Positions 30,861-41,501 of a stretch of 64,000 nucleotides of DNA are shown here, one piece after another; position 1 is the first letter of the stretch; every line of letters starts with the position of its first letter. The stretch is taken from the NCBI GenBank assembly GCA_963668695.2, contig CAXXLQ010000004.1, positions 3,360,001 through 3,424,000 on the forward strand, written 5' to 3'. A program made the translations under genes and the position numbers. The notes under the pieces are model-generated. The model did not search any database and was not told where the DNA came from. It saw only the letters and a program-made list of their open reading frames with translations. This DNA comes from Vicinamibacteria bacterium. GTDB taxonomy: Bacteria > Acidobacteriota > Vicinamibacteria > Marinacidobacterales > Marinacidobacteraceae.

Positions 30861-33029
30861 CTACTGCTGCTCGTCCGTGGCCGTCTGTTCCGGCACGTCC
30901 CCGAGGCGGACCGCCCAGAGGCCCGAGTTGCGGTCCGAGAAGAAGATGACGCCCTTATGGGGCTGGACGCCCCAGACCTGCGGCGCGTTCGGCAGGAACC
31001 CCTCGGGGTCGAGTGGCAGGAAGCGGGCGATCTCCCGGCCCTGGCGGTAAAGGTTCCCGAGCAGCTCGCCCGAGACGTCCACCACCCGGAGCCCGCCGTT
31101 GTAGAACGCCACGTACATCACGTCGTCCTCGATCCAGATGTTGTGGCTTCCCGCCTCGGGGACCTCGTAGCGGCCGACCAACCGCGGCGGCGCCTCGAAC
31201 TTCTCGTCCCACTCCAGGATGTGGATCCAGCCACGCCAGCGGGTGGGCTCGTTGTCGTACCCGGGAGTGCCGGTTCCGATCTCCGAGAGCGGGCTGTAGC
31301 GTCCGCTACGGGCGGCCTCGTCCCCGGCGAAGATGTAGAACTTGCCGGTCGAGGCGCTCCGGTAGGGATAGACCGCGTGGTTCCAGCCGGTCGGGAACGG
31401 GAACTGTCCGATGAGCTTCGGACTCTGCGGCGTGCCGCCCTTACCGGCGCCGCCCACGTCGATCACCGCGACCCCGTCGCTCCAGTTCGCCGAATAGGCG
31501 ATGCCCTCCACCACCCAGACGTCGTGGATCGAGCGCGCCGGGCTGTCGAGGGCGAAACTGCCCACCCGGTGCGGAACCGAAGGATCCTCGATGTTGATGA
31601 TGTCGAAGCGCCGGCCGCCGGAGAGGGCGTAGACGTGCCCTTCGTGGATGAAGGTGTTGTGGACGCCGCCGGTGAGTTGGTCGTCGTACTCGGCGAGCTT
31701 CTGCACTCCCTTGGCCGGGTCGGACACGTCGAGGATGACCAGTCCGTTCCGCCGGTTGGACGCTCCCTCGCGGGAGATCACCGCGGTCGCTCCGTCCTCG
31801 GAGATCTTGACGTCATTCACGGTGCGGGCGTCCACCCGCACCACGTCCACGATCTCCAGGTTCTCGGGATCGGTAACGTCCCAGATGTAGGCATGGCCGG
31901 CGGCGCTGTGGGTGCCGGTCATCGCGTAGTCGCGCCCGTTCGGCGCCTCCCAGACCCACAGATCCGAGGTCGCCCGGTCCTTTACCCGGCCGTGGCCGAC
32001 CAGCTCTATGGGCCGCCGGGCGCCGCGCTCGGCGACCCGCACCACTGTTGAGGCCGAGACCCCGCCGGTGCGGGCGACCACCGTATAGACACCCGGAAGA
32101 TCGGCCACGAACCGCCCGTCCTGCGTGATGAGGCCCGAGGAGGGACCACCCATGCCCATCGCGTCGGTGATCGCCGACACGCTGAACCCGACCGGGACGT
32201 CTTCGAGCGTCCCGCCGGCCGCGTCGGTCATCGTCACCTTGAGGTGCGTCACGTCGCCGGTGCGGACGGCGCTCCGGTCCGGAGTGAGTTTCATGTCCGC
32301 GACCGGATTCGGCGCCACTTCGAGTGCCATTTCGGCGGTAGCGGCGCCGGCGGTCGCGGTGACCGCCACCGGCCCCGCCGCCCCGAGCGCCAGCACCCCC
32401 CGGGTGCGAGTCCGTTCGATGGTCGCCGGCCGGCCGACCGGCATGGCTACCGACTCATCGGAAGAGGCCCAGCTGACTTCGAGCCCTTCCACGAGCGTCC
32501 CGGTGTCGTCGAGAGGCTCGGCGCGCACGGTCACCTCGGTGCCCGCGTAGAGCGGCCCCTCAGCGGTCACCGTGAGCGACGCCACCGGGCGCGGCAGGAT
32601 GGTGAGCGGGATTCGCTGCTCGAGATAGCCATCGGCCTCCGAGTCCCGCGCCGACGGATCGGGACCGGAGCCCACCACCCGGACCATCACGGCGTAATCG
32701 CCGGGACGCCGGGTCGAGACCTCGCCTTCTCGTGACACCTTGAAGATGTTGAACCCCCAGGTGCGCTTCTCCAGGTTCCAGAACTGGCCGTAGAGGGGCA
32801 GATAGAGGAGTTCGGCCTCGATCTCGTTGCCCTCCGCATCGAGCACGGCGGCCTCGATCTGCGCCGTCTCGCCGGCGGTCAGGGTGATCTTCTCGGGCGA
32901 AACGGTGAGCGAAGCAGGCTTCGGCCCGTTTTCCGATTCGGGTGGCGCCTGCGCGAGCGCACCCGCCGGAAGGAGGAGAACGGCGGCCAGCAGGACCGCC
33001 GAACGCTGAAAGGAAACCGGCAACTGCAT
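30861..33029 (-). CDS. Secreted Ig-like (Big_2-type) plus LVIVD-repeat protein
   Basis: Signal peptide; VSWASSDESVA; YIWDVTDP, LVILDVSDP, VAVIDV, GGLRVVDVS repeats. Confidence 0.8.
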   Translation of the reverse strand: MQLPVSFQRSAVLLAAVLLLPAGALAQAPPESENGPKPASLTVSPEKITLTAGETAQIEAAVLDAEGNEIEAELLYLPLYGQFWNLEKRTWGFNIFKVSREGEVSTRRPGDYAVMVRVVGSGPDPSARDSEADGYLEQRIPLTILPRPVASLTVTAEGPLYAGTEVTVRAEPLDDTGTLVEGLEVSWASSDESVAMPVGRPATIERTRTRGVLALGAAGPVAVTATAGAATAEMALEVAPNPVADMKLTPDRSAVRTGDVTHLKVTMTDAAGGTLEDVPVGFSVSAITDAMGMGGPSSGLITQDGRFVADLPGVYTVVARTGGVSASTVVRVAERGARRPIELVGHGRVKDRATSDLWVWEAPNGRDYAMTGTHSAAGHAYIWDVTDPENLEIVDVVRVDARTVNDVKISEDGATAVISREGASNRRNGLVILDVSDPAKGVQKLAEYDDQLTGGVHNTFIHEGHVYALSGGRRFDIINIEDPSVPHRVGSFALDSPARSIHDVWVVEGIAYSANWSDGVAVIDVGGAGKGGTPQSPKLIGQFPFPTGWNHAVYPYRSASTGKFYIFAGDEAARSGRYSPLSEIGTGTPGYDNEPTRWRGWIHILEWDEKFEAPPRLVGRYEVPEAGSHNIWIEDDVMYVAFYNGGLRVVDVSGELLGNLYRQGREIARFLPLDPEGFLPNAPQVWGVQPHKGVIFFSDRNSGLWAVRLGDVPEQTATDEQQ

Positions 33030-34972
33030 CACCACGCCACTCCGTAGTCGTCGCCGTGCTGGCTTGAGCCGCCCCAGAAGGTGCCGTGCTCGCGGTCGAA
33101 CCAGATGGCGTTGATTGGCCCCGAGGTTCGCGGCGCGAAGCGCAGCGAGTAACCCATTCCGATCAGCTCGTTGCGGATCCACTCGGGGACCTGTTGGTTC
33201 AGCAACAAGGAGCCGGGCTCCGACTCATGGGCGCCGAAGGAACTCCTGAGCTGGTAGCTGTTGAAATTCGCGGCCTCGGCGGCTTCCTGCACGTTCATGC
33301 CGAATTCGACGACGTTCAGGAAGAATTGCAGGAGGTTCTGATCCTGGCTGTCTCCGCCCTGGACCGCGAAGGAAAGGAACGGCGCCCCGTCCTTGACGGC
33401 GAGGCTCGGCGTCAGGGTGGCGCGTGGCCGCTTCCCGGGTTCGAGAACGTTGTAGGGGTTCATGGCCGGGTCGAGGACGAAGCTCTGCATCCGCTGGCTG
33501 AGACCGATCCCGGTTTCGCCCGCCAGTACCGCCGGCAGCCAACCGCCGCTCGGGGTCACGGATACCACCCAGCCGGCAGCGTCTGCGGCCTGAATGGAGG
33601 TGGTGCCGGCCAGGAACCCGTCAAGGAACTCCTGGCGCTCCTCTTCGGTGGTCGGGGTCCCCGACGTCCCTGAAAAGCGGTCGAGGTACTCCAGGAACGG
33701 GTTCTCGCCGCCCTGGAAGGGGTATGGATCCCCGGGACCGATCGTGGGATCGTTCCGGTCGCTCCGAATCAACTCCCCGCGGTGCCGGGCGTATTCCTTG
33801 GAGAGCAATCCCTGGATCGGCTCCTCGGGCGGGAAGTAGGGATCGCCGTAGTAGAAGTCGCGATCGGCGAAGGCGAGGCTGATCGCCTGGTAGAGAGTGT
33901 GGATGTAGCGGGAGCTGTTGTAGCCCATCCCCTTGAGATCCAAGGGTTCCACGATGTTGAGCGTCTGGAGCAGCACCGGGCTCTGCACCCAGTGGGTCAG
34001 CTTGTACACCTCGATCCCCTTGTAGTTCGTGGACACCGGCTCCTCGATATGGACCTTCCAGTTGGCGAGGTCCTCGGTGGTGATGAGGCCTCCCTGCTCC
34101 TGAACGCCGCGGGCGAACTCCTCGGCGATGTCTCCCTTGTAGAAGCGGTCATAGGCGGCGTAAATCGCCTCCTCTCGGCTCTTGCCGGCGGCGAGCGCTT
34201 CCGCTTCGGCGTCCACCAGCTTCCGAAGGGTGGCGGCCAGTTCCGGTTGACGGAAATTCTCGCCCGGGGCGGGACCGCCGGCGCTGAACTCGCGATAGTT
34301 CGGGTCGTCGCGGTCCCAGTAGTTGCCGCGCTCCTCCGCGAGGTCTCCCGTGGCGCCGCTGCCGGTGGCATCGCCCCGGTGCGGCAGCAGGGTGCGGGCC
34401 GAGTACGGCCACTCCGCGATCCGGTCGGCTCCCCGCTGAATCGCGCGCGCGGCGGACGCCTCGATGGGATAGCCATCCGCCATCTCGATCGCCGGCGCGA
34501 GCACCTGGGCGAGCGACATGGTTCCGTACTCGGCGAGCATCGTCATGAGGCCGCCGGGAGTTCCCGGAGTCACCGCGGCGAGCGGACCGAGCGAAGGCGG
34601 GTACTCCATCCCCTGCCCACGGAAGAACTCCGGCGTCGCGCCCGTCGGCGCCACTCCGAGGGCGTTGATCCCGATGACCTTCTTCTGTTCGGGATGCCAG
34701 ATCAGCGCCTGGGTCTCGCCGCCCCAGCTCAGGGCGTCGAACATCGTCGCGGTGGCGCCCAGCATGGCGCAGGCGGCGTCCACCGCGTTTCCGCCCTGGC
34801 CGAAGATCATGGCCCCGGCGGTGGCGCCGAGCGGCTTGCCGGTGATCGCCATCCAGTGTTTTCCGTGGAGAACGGGCTTTTGGGGCTGGGCGACGGCGGT
34901 GGTGGCAACGAGGGCCGCCGACAGGAACAGCGAAACGGGCAACGCCCGGACAGGAAAGGAAGTGCGCTTCAT
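33029..34972 (-). CDS. ggt: Gamma-glutamyltransferase family protein
   Basis: GGNAVDAA, VTPGTPGG, FYKGDIA, AFADRD, nucleophile GTTS, PGKRPRATLTP, GGDSQDQ. Confidence 0.9.
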   Translation of the reverse strand: MKRTSFPVRALPVSLFLSAALVATTAVAQPQKPVLHGKHWMAITGKPLGATAGAMIFGQGGNAVDAACAMLGATATMFDALSWGGETQALIWHPEQKKVIGINALGVAPTGATPEFFRGQGMEYPPSLGPLAAVTPGTPGGLMTMLAEYGTMSLAQVLAPAIEMADGYPIEASAARAIQRGADRIAEWPYSARTLLPHRGDATGSGATGDLAEERGNYWDRDDPNYREFSAGGPAPGENFRQPELAATLRKLVDAEAEALAAGKSREEAIYAAYDRFYKGDIAEEFARGVQEQGGLITTEDLANWKVHIEEPVSTNYKGIEVYKLTHWVQSPVLLQTLNIVEPLDLKGMGYNSSRYIHTLYQAISLAFADRDFYYGDPYFPPEEPIQGLLSKEYARHRGELIRSDRNDPTIGPGDPYPFQGGENPFLEYLDRFSGTSGTPTTEEERQEFLDGFLAGTTSIQAADAAGWVVSVTPSGGWLPAVLAGETGIGLSQRMQSFVLDPAMNPYNVLEPGKRPRATLTPSLAVKDGAPFLSFAVQGGDSQDQNLLQFFLNVVEFGMNVQEAAEAANFNSYQLRSSFGAHESEPGSLLLNQQVPEWIRNELIGMGYSLRFAPRTSGPINAIWFDREHGTFWGGSSQHGDDYGVAW

Positions 34973-35149
34973 GGGACGCATTGTGCGGCTCCCGGTCCGG
35001 CGAGGCAACGGTGATCGGGCCGCAGACCGTGCGCCTTGTGCGATCGACGGGCTCCCCGTCGCGTGTCAGTGAGTGTTTTTTCGGGGCGAAAGGGCAGACT
35101 GGCCGCCAGGGGCGGACGCGTCGTGGGACGATTGTCAATTACGGCCGTC

Positions 35150-36025
35150 ATGCACAGCGGACAAAGAAAGCGGGCCTCGACGGCAGACCTCGCCGCCGCC
35201 GCCCGCGCCCGGCATCAGCGGGACCGGGTGCGGCTGGTGGACGATCCCTATGCCTTGTCCCTCACCAGCCCTTCGCTGCAGCGGGTCCTTCGCTTTCGGC
35301 CGGCCGCCTGGTTCATGGCGAACTGGGCGCTGCGGGGCCTGAAACCCGTCATCCTCGGATTGTTCATCCGGGCCCGCTACGCGGAACAGGCGGTAGAGGC
35401 GGCCTTCCGGGAAGGCATCCGCCAGTACGTGATCGTCGGCGCCGGACTGGATTCTTTCGCGCTGCGCCGGACCGACCTCGTCCCGCCGCTCCGGGTGTTC
35501 GAGACCGACCGCCCCCATATGCAGGAGGTGAAATTGGAACGCCTCCGGAGCGCCGGGATTCCCCTGCCCTCGGGACTCCACTTCGTCCCGGCCGATCTGG
35601 AACGGGTTTCGGTGATGGATGCCCTGGCGGACTCATCATTCGATCGAGAGAGCCCGGTGATCCTGTCCTTCCTCGGGGTGACCTACTACCTGACTCCGGA
35701 AACGCTCGCGGAGTCCGCCCGGTCCATCGCCGCCGGCGTCGTCCCCGGCTCGCGCCTCGTCCTCGACTACATGCTCGACGAAGCGTCGGCCTGGCCCGAG
35801 CACCGCAGGATGCGGGACCAGCTTGAGGACTACGTGGCCAAACGCGGGGAGCCCATGAAGAGCGAATACAGCGTTGCGGCGATGAGCGAACTGCTGGCGG
35901 ACGCGGGCTTTCGCACTATGGAGGGCGTCACCATGATGGAATTGGCGGAGCGCTACGCCGGGGAACTCGGCCCCCTGCCGTTTGAGACGCCGGGGCTCTT
36001 CGCCTGCGGGCTGTTCGAGAAGTAG
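35150..36025 (+). CDS. SAM-dependent methyltransferase (leucine carboxyl methyltransferase-like)
   Basis: STA..AAAARA, DPYA, QYVIVGAGLDS, FVPADL, LGVTYYL. Confidence 0.9.
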   Translation: MHSGQRKRASTADLAAAARARHQRDRVRLVDDPYALSLTSPSLQRVLRFRPAAWFMANWALRGLKPVILGLFIRARYAEQAVEAAFREGIRQYVIVGAGLDSFALRRTDLVPPLRVFETDRPHMQEVKLERLRSAGIPLPSGLHFVPADLERVSVMDALADSSFDRESPVILSFLGVTYYLTPETLAESARSIAAGVVPGSRLVLDYMLDEASAWPEHRRMRDQLEDYVAKRGEPMKSEYSVAAMSELLADAGFRTMEGVTMMELAERYAGELGPLPFETPGLFACGLFEK

Positions 36026-36084
36026 CCGCAGGCCGCGCTCGTTCTCGATCAGCAGTGCGAGTTTCGCTGCGCTGGCGCGCAGCG

Positions 36085-36136
36085 GTGCCGGTTTGAGGGC
36101 CCCCACCGGGAGAACTGGCGGAGGTCGGCGTCCCGA
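36085..36136 (-). repeat. REP-like family B element with the 18-nt module
   Basis: Minus strand CGGGACGCCGACCTCCG-[18-mer]-GCCCTCAAACCGGC, between convergent genes. Confidence 0.65.
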
Positions 36137-36206
36137 TGCGTTCCGTTCTTGCCGCGGGTCGGCGGAGTGAGTTCCGCCCGCTCCGCGGGCGGCGGCGCTC
36201 CTTCCC

Positions 36207-38249
36207 CTAGTTCTGGGGTTCGTCCGTGGTCATTTCGTCGGTGATCGCGAAGCGCTCGAACCAGTTGCGGAGGAGGAGCTGCACCCGCAGGAAGTTCGTC
36301 GGGGGGAGGCTGCGGCTGTGCCAGCCGTCGGTCAGCCGCACCATCGCCGTCGGAATCTTCCTCATCTTGAGCGCCCGGTAGTACTGCTCGGTCTGCTCCA
36401 TCGGGGTGCGGAGGTCCTTCTCTCCGGTCATGAGCATCGTCGGGGTGGTGACGTTGCCGACGTACATGAGCGTCGAGCGCCGGAGGTGTTCCTCGGGGTC
36501 GTCCCACGGCATTTTCTCGAAGTTCCGGTACCAGCTCGCCCCGTCGGTCGTCCCCACGAAGCTCAGCCAGTTGGTCACCGGGGCCTTCGAAACCGCCGCC
36601 GTGAAGCGGTCTGTATTACCGACAATCCAGGAGGTCAGCACGCCCCCGCCGCTGCCGCCGTACACGAACAGGTTGCGGTCATCGATATAGCCGCGGGAGA
36701 TGATTTCGTCCACCCCCGCCATCAGGTCGTCGAGATCCTTCCCCGGATAGGCGTTCTTGATCTCGTTGCCGAACGAACTGCCGTAGCCGCTGCTGCCGCG
36801 CGGGTTCGTGTAGAGCACCACGTAACCGTTCGCCGCGTGGTCCTGGTTCTTGAAGTCGAACCCGCTGTGGTACATCGAGTGCGGTCCGCCGTGGATCCGG
36901 AGGATCAGCGGGTACTTGCGCGACGGATCGAAGTCGGGCGGCTTCACGATCCAGCCGTGGATATCGAGGTCGTCCGGGGACTTGTACCAGAGCTCCTCGA
37001 CCTCCCCGAGGCGCACCTCGGCGAGCACGGAAGCGTTCGTGACGTGGAGGGTCGTCAGCTCCTCGGGCGAATCCACCGCGAAGGCCACCAGGTTCCCGGG
37101 GGTGTGGTACGAGCTCACCACCCCCACCGCGGTCCCGTCTTCGCTCACGGTGGAAACCGACAGCATGTGATTCCCGGAGCTGACCGGCCGGACCTCGCCC
37201 TCGACCGGGGCGAAGTAGAGGTTGTTGGTGCCGCGGAGCTGGCCGCCGAAATAGACGCCGCTGCCGTCGGCGGACCAGCCCACGATCCCGGGCCGGCGGC
37301 CCATCTCGGTGGCGATGATCCGCGGGTTGCTCCCGTCGCTCTCCATGACGTAGAGGCCTTCCTCCCGGTAGGTGTCCGTCGTGTGGTCCATCCCGGTGTA
37401 GGCGATCAGGCTGCCATCCGGAGAGGGGACGGGTCCCGAGTCCGGACCGCTGCGGCTCGTGAGGGCCGTGATCCGGCCGGTCGCCACCTCGACCCGGTAG
37501 ATCTCGGATTCGCGCCAGGCGTGTTCCGCGTCCGCCGTTCTCAGCGAGGTGAAGACGATGTCGGCTCCGTCCCCCACGAAGCGGGGGCCGTCGTGGTGGA
37601 AGTCGCCGCTCGTCAACTGGCGCGGCGTTCCACCGTCCGCACTCACCACGAAGATGTGCCGGAAACCGGCCGGGAAATAGCCCTGCCCGTCGCGCCGGTA
37701 GTTGAGGCGGGTGACGATCCGCGGGGGCTTTGTCCATTCGGCGCCTTCGGGCGCCTTCGGCATGTCGATCGCCCAGTCGGGATCGGGCCCCGGATCCACC
37801 ACCGCCCGGAAGGCGATGGATCCGCTGTCCGGCGCCCAGACGAGCTGCGAGGGCGGGCGGTCAAGCCGGGTCACCTGGCTCTCCGCGCCCTCGGCGTCCA
37901 TCCAGCGCACGAAGATCTGGCCGTCGCGGAGGAAGGCGATCCGGGTGCCGTCCGGCGACCAGCGCGGGCTGCCCCCCTCGGTGAGGAACCGGTTTCTCGA
38001 GCCGTCGGCGCCGATCTGCCAGAGCTCGGTCTTCCAGCGATCCTTCATCGCGTCCACGAAGCGCCGCTCGTACACCACGCTCTCCCCGTCCGGGGAGATC
38101 TGCGGGCTCTGGACCGCCTCCCAGGAGAGGTAGTCGGCGAGCTCGAGCGGCCGCATTCCGTCTTGCGCCGCGGCGCCGGCCGCGAAGAGGAGCAGGACCG
38201 CCGCGAGCATCCCGCCAACACGCCAGGTCTTCATTCCGTGGATCCGCAT
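36207..38249 (-). CDS. S9 family (acylaminoacyl/prolyl oligo-) peptidase, secreted
   Basis: Beta-propeller repeats, IHGGPH, NPRGSSGYG, GGSGGG, GEKDLR, GWH; GGAGG SD. Confidence 0.93.
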   Translation of the reverse strand: MRIHGMKTWRVGGMLAAVLLLFAAGAAAQDGMRPLELADYLSWEAVQSPQISPDGESVVYERRFVDAMKDRWKTELWQIGADGSRNRFLTEGGSPRWSPDGTRIAFLRDGQIFVRWMDAEGAESQVTRLDRPPSQLVWAPDSGSIAFRAVVDPGPDPDWAIDMPKAPEGAEWTKPPRIVTRLNYRRDGQGYFPAGFRHIFVVSADGGTPRQLTSGDFHHDGPRFVGDGADIVFTSLRTADAEHAWRESEIYRVEVATGRITALTSRSGPDSGPVPSPDGSLIAYTGMDHTTDTYREEGLYVMESDGSNPRIIATEMGRRPGIVGWSADGSGVYFGGQLRGTNNLYFAPVEGEVRPVSSGNHMLSVSTVSEDGTAVGVVSSYHTPGNLVAFAVDSPEELTTLHVTNASVLAEVRLGEVEELWYKSPDDLDIHGWIVKPPDFDPSRKYPLILRIHGGPHSMYHSGFDFKNQDHAANGYVVLYTNPRGSSGYGSSFGNEIKNAYPGKDLDDLMAGVDEIISRGYIDDRNLFVYGGSGGGVLTSWIVGNTDRFTAAVSKAPVTNWLSFVGTTDGASWYRNFEKMPWDDPEEHLRRSTLMYVGNVTTPTMLMTGEKDLRTPMEQTEQYYRALKMRKIPTAMVRLTDGWHSRSLPPTNFLRVQLLLRNWFERFAITDEMTTDEPQN

Positions 38250-38456
38250 TCGGGCACCTCCGTTGGAGCGACGCCGCACCGTAGGGCGCCACCGGGCGAG
38301 TTTACGGGACACGGCCGTTGGATGTCGGGACACCATTGGCCCACGGAAGCCGGCTTTCGAAATCCCGGTGGTTAGTATCGAAGGCGTGCGGCGATGCGGG
38401 GAGTCGTATCTCCAAGCCGGAGTTCGTCCCTGGGGATCGCTGGAGAGGAGACCAAA

Positions 38457-39572
38457 GTGAACCAGAAAACCGCGACAGGTTCTATCTCAAGAGTACGCAT
38501 TGCGTTGCTGCCGGCGCTGGTTTTCGCCCTCGCCGCGGGGTTCGGCTGCTCGCGACCGGCGGTCGAGACGGCGGCGGAGGCCGTCTATCCGGGCGCGTCG
38601 TGGGACCGGATCGCGGATCCCGCCTCCACAGGATTTTCGGCCGAGGCGCTGGACGCGATCCACCCGTACGTGGACGGGATCAACACCTCCGCCGTGATGG
38701 TCGTGGTCGGGGGGCGCGTCCTCTTCGAGCACGGGCCCGTGGATTCGCTCAGCTATCTCGCCTCGGTCCGGAAGAGCATCCTCGCCATGCTTTACGGCCA
38801 CTACGTGGAGGACGGGACGATAGATCTCGAACTCACGCTCGAGGATCTGGGCATGGACGATGTCCAGGGCCTCCTCCCGATCGAGAAACGGGCGCGGGTG
38901 TTGGATCTCGTCACCGCGCGCTCCGGGGTCTATCACCCGGCCTCGAACGCGGGGGACAACCTCGCGGACGCCCCGCCCCGCGGCTCGCAGGAGCCCGGCA
39001 CGTACTACCTGTACAGCAACTGGGACTTCAACGCGGCGGGTGCGGTCTTCGAACAACTTACGGGGCGCAACATCTACGACGCGCTCGAAACCGACCTCGC
39101 GCTCCCCCTCGGATTCGAGGACTGGCACCGGTGGATCCACCGCAAGTCGGGAGACGCGACGCGATCGCACAACCTCGCCTACCACATGACGCTCTCGACC
39201 CGCGACATGGCCCGGATCGGATACCTGATGCTTCGGGGCGGCATTTGGAGGGAGGAGCGTGTGCTTCCGCAGGGATGGGCCGAGCGGATTTCGAGCGTGG
39301 TCACGCCGTCGGAGGAGATGAATCCGGAGAGCCGGCGTGGAGGCGAGTTCGGCTACGGCTACATGTGGTGGGTGTGGGACGGCCCGGCGGTGCCGGAGGG
39401 GTTCGCGGGCGCCTACACCGGACGCGGAGCCTACGGCCAGTTCATCACGGTCATCCCGTCGCTCAACATGGTCGTCGCCCACAAGACGGTGCCGGACGTC
39501 CGCACGTCGTGGGACGACTACATGGGGATCCTCGCCCGCCTCGTCGCCGCCCACTGCGGCGCCGACTGCTGA
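38457..39572 (+). CDS. Beta-lactamase-fold serine hydrolase, probable lipoprotein
   Basis: SVRK (SxxK), YSN, YGYMWW, GAYGQ; lipobox-like GFGC. Confidence 0.88.
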   Translation: MNQKTATGSISRVRIALLPALVFALAAGFGCSRPAVETAAEAVYPGASWDRIADPASTGFSAEALDAIHPYVDGINTSAVMVVVGGRVLFEHGPVDSLSYLASVRKSILAMLYGHYVEDGTIDLELTLEDLGMDDVQGLLPIEKRARVLDLVTARSGVYHPASNAGDNLADAPPRGSQEPGTYYLYSNWDFNAAGAVFEQLTGRNIYDALETDLALPLGFEDWHRWIHRKSGDATRSHNLAYHMTLSTRDMARIGYLMLRGGIWREERVLPQGWAERISSVVTPSEEMNPESRRGGEFGYGYMWWVWDGPAVPEGFAGAYTGRGAYGQFITVIPSLNMVVAHKTVPDVRTSWDDYMGILARLVAAHCGADC

Positions 39573-39659
39573 CGGTTTTGGCGTAAACAGATCCGAAGGA
39601 GGCCGGAACAGCGAGTGAAGGGACTCCAATAGGTTGACTCAGAGGAGACTCCAGGGCAT

Positions 39660-40084
39660 GTGCTGGATGGGGACAACGTCCGCCACGGACTGAACCGGGA
39701 CCTGGGTTTCACCGAGGCCGACCGCGTGGAAAACATCCGGAGGGTCGCCGAGGTGGCCCGGCTCATGGTGGACGCCGGCCTGATCGTGATCGTCGCTTTC
39801 ATCAGTCCTTTCCGCTCGGAACGAGAGCAGGCCCGAGCCCTGTTCGGACCGGGTGAATTCCGGGAGATCTCGTAGACGCGCCGCTCGCCATCTGTGAAGA
39901 GCGGGATCCAAAGGGCCTCTACGCCCGCGCGAGGAAGGGCGAGGTGAAGAACTTCACCGGGACCAGCAGCCCCTACGAACCCTACGAACCCTACGAACCC
40001 CCCGAACGCCCGGACCTCCGGCTGGATACCAGCACCGAATCACCGGAGCGCTGCGTGGAACGGGTTCTGGAGTCGCTCGGGTAG
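39660..40084 (+). pseudogene. cysC: Adenylyl-sulfate kinase remnant
   Basis: [25 protein letters not shown]; frameshift near 39872; then [19 protein letters not shown]; N-terminal P-loop absent. Confidence 0.88.
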
Positions 40085-40101
40085 GTCGGAAGCGCCGTAA
40101 G

Positions 40102-41394
40102 TCAGGTCACCGGGTTTCGGCGCTGGAAGCGGGGACCTTGGTACTCCTCCCCTGCCAACACCCCCCGAAGCGCTTCGACGGCGTCCCAAACGTCCCGGTA
40201 ACGAACGTAGAGCGGCGCAAACCCGAAACGAAGCAGGTCGGGTTCCCGGAAGTCGCCTACCACCCCCCGCGCGATCAGCGCCTGCATGACCGGGTAGGCA
40301 TCCGGATGGCGGAGCGAAACCTGACTCCCCCGCTCCCGGGCGTCCCGGGGGCTCACCGATGTGACCCCGAACTCCCCGAGCCGTTCGTCGGCCAGGCGGA
40401 GGAAGAGGTCCCCGAGCGCCTCACTTTTGCGGCGCAACGCGTCCATGTCCACGCCTTCGAAGGTGCGGAGCCCCTCGTCGAGTGCGGTCATCGAGAGGAT
40501 CCCCGGAGTTCCGGTCACAAAGCGGCGCATCCCGGACGCCGGCCGGTAGCGTGTTTCGAACGCGAACGGGCTCCGGTGTCCCATCCAGCCGCAGAGCGGT
40601 GTGTCGAGCGTCTGCTGGAACTCACGGGCCACATAGAGGAACCCGGGGGCTCCGGGGCCGCCGTTCAGGTACTTGTACCCGCAGCCCACCGCGAACTCGA
40701 CGCGGTCCTCGTTCAGCCGAAGGGGGAAGGCTCCCACGCTGTGGCTGAGATCCCAGACCAGCGGGACACCCGCCGCGCGGCCGGCCTCGGTGAGCGCGCG
40801 CAGGTCGCGCTTCCGGCCGGTCCGAAAGTCCACCTGGGTCAGGGTCGCGACCGCCACCTCCGGTCCCATGGCCGCCTCGAAGTCATCCGGCGGGACGAGT
40901 TGGAGGCGCGCCCCGCTGTCGCCGAGCAGGTTCGTGAGCCCCTCCGCGATGTAGAGGTCCGTGGGGAAGTTGCTCTCTTCGGCCAGCACCACCTGGCGCG
41001 AACCCGGCCGGCGCAGCAAGGCTGCGAGCAGCTTGAAGAGGTTCAGGGAAACCGAATCGGCGGCGATCACCTCGTCCTCCCCGGCGCCGAGCAGGGGAGC
41101 GATCCGGGCTCCCACCCGCTCGGGCAGACGGAACCAGCCGTGGCGGTTCCAGGAAGCGATCAGGTCCTCTCCCCACTCGCCGGCGATCACCCCCCCAACC
41201 CGGTCGGGAATGGACCTCGAGGGGGGCCCGAGCGAGTTCCCATCCAGGTAGACAACGCCGTCCGGCAGCAGGAACCGCTCGCGAAACCCGGCCAGCGGGT
41301 CGCTTCGGTCCCGTTCCAGCAGATCGTCCCCGGTGAGCGGCCGCGAACCGTCCCCAACGTCGCCGATCACCTCGCCGGTCACCTCGTCGATCAT
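40102..41394 (-). CDS. kynU: Kynureninase
   Basis: YLDGNSLG, NFPTDLY, WDLSHSVG, GCGYKYLNGGPG, RGSQVS. Confidence 0.95.
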   Translation of the reverse strand: MIDEVTGEVIGDVGDGSRPLTGDDLLERDRSDPLAGFRERFLLPDGVVYLDGNSLGPPSRSIPDRVGGVIAGEWGEDLIASWNRHGWFRLPERVGARIAPLLGAGEDEVIAADSVSLNLFKLLAALLRRPGSRQVVLAEESNFPTDLYIAEGLTNLLGDSGARLQLVPPDDFEAAMGPEVAVATLTQVDFRTGRKRDLRALTEAGRAAGVPLVWDLSHSVGAFPLRLNEDRVEFAVGCGYKYLNGGPGAPGFLYVAREFQQTLDTPLCGWMGHRSPFAFETRYRPASGMRRFVTGTPGILSMTALDEGLRTFEGVDMDALRRKSEALGDLFLRLADERLGEFGVTSVSPRDARERGSQVSLRHPDAYPVMQALIARGVVGDFREPDLLRFGFAPLYVRYRDVWDAVEALRGVLAGEEYQGPRFQRRNPVT

Positions 41395-41501
41395 CGGGCG
41401 CCGTCTCCGGCGGGGCAGCCCGGGGCTATAAAACAGGCGCAAGACTCCCGGTTCCGGTCCATCAAGGGATTATTCCGCGAGAACGGCCATCCCGCACTAC
41501 A

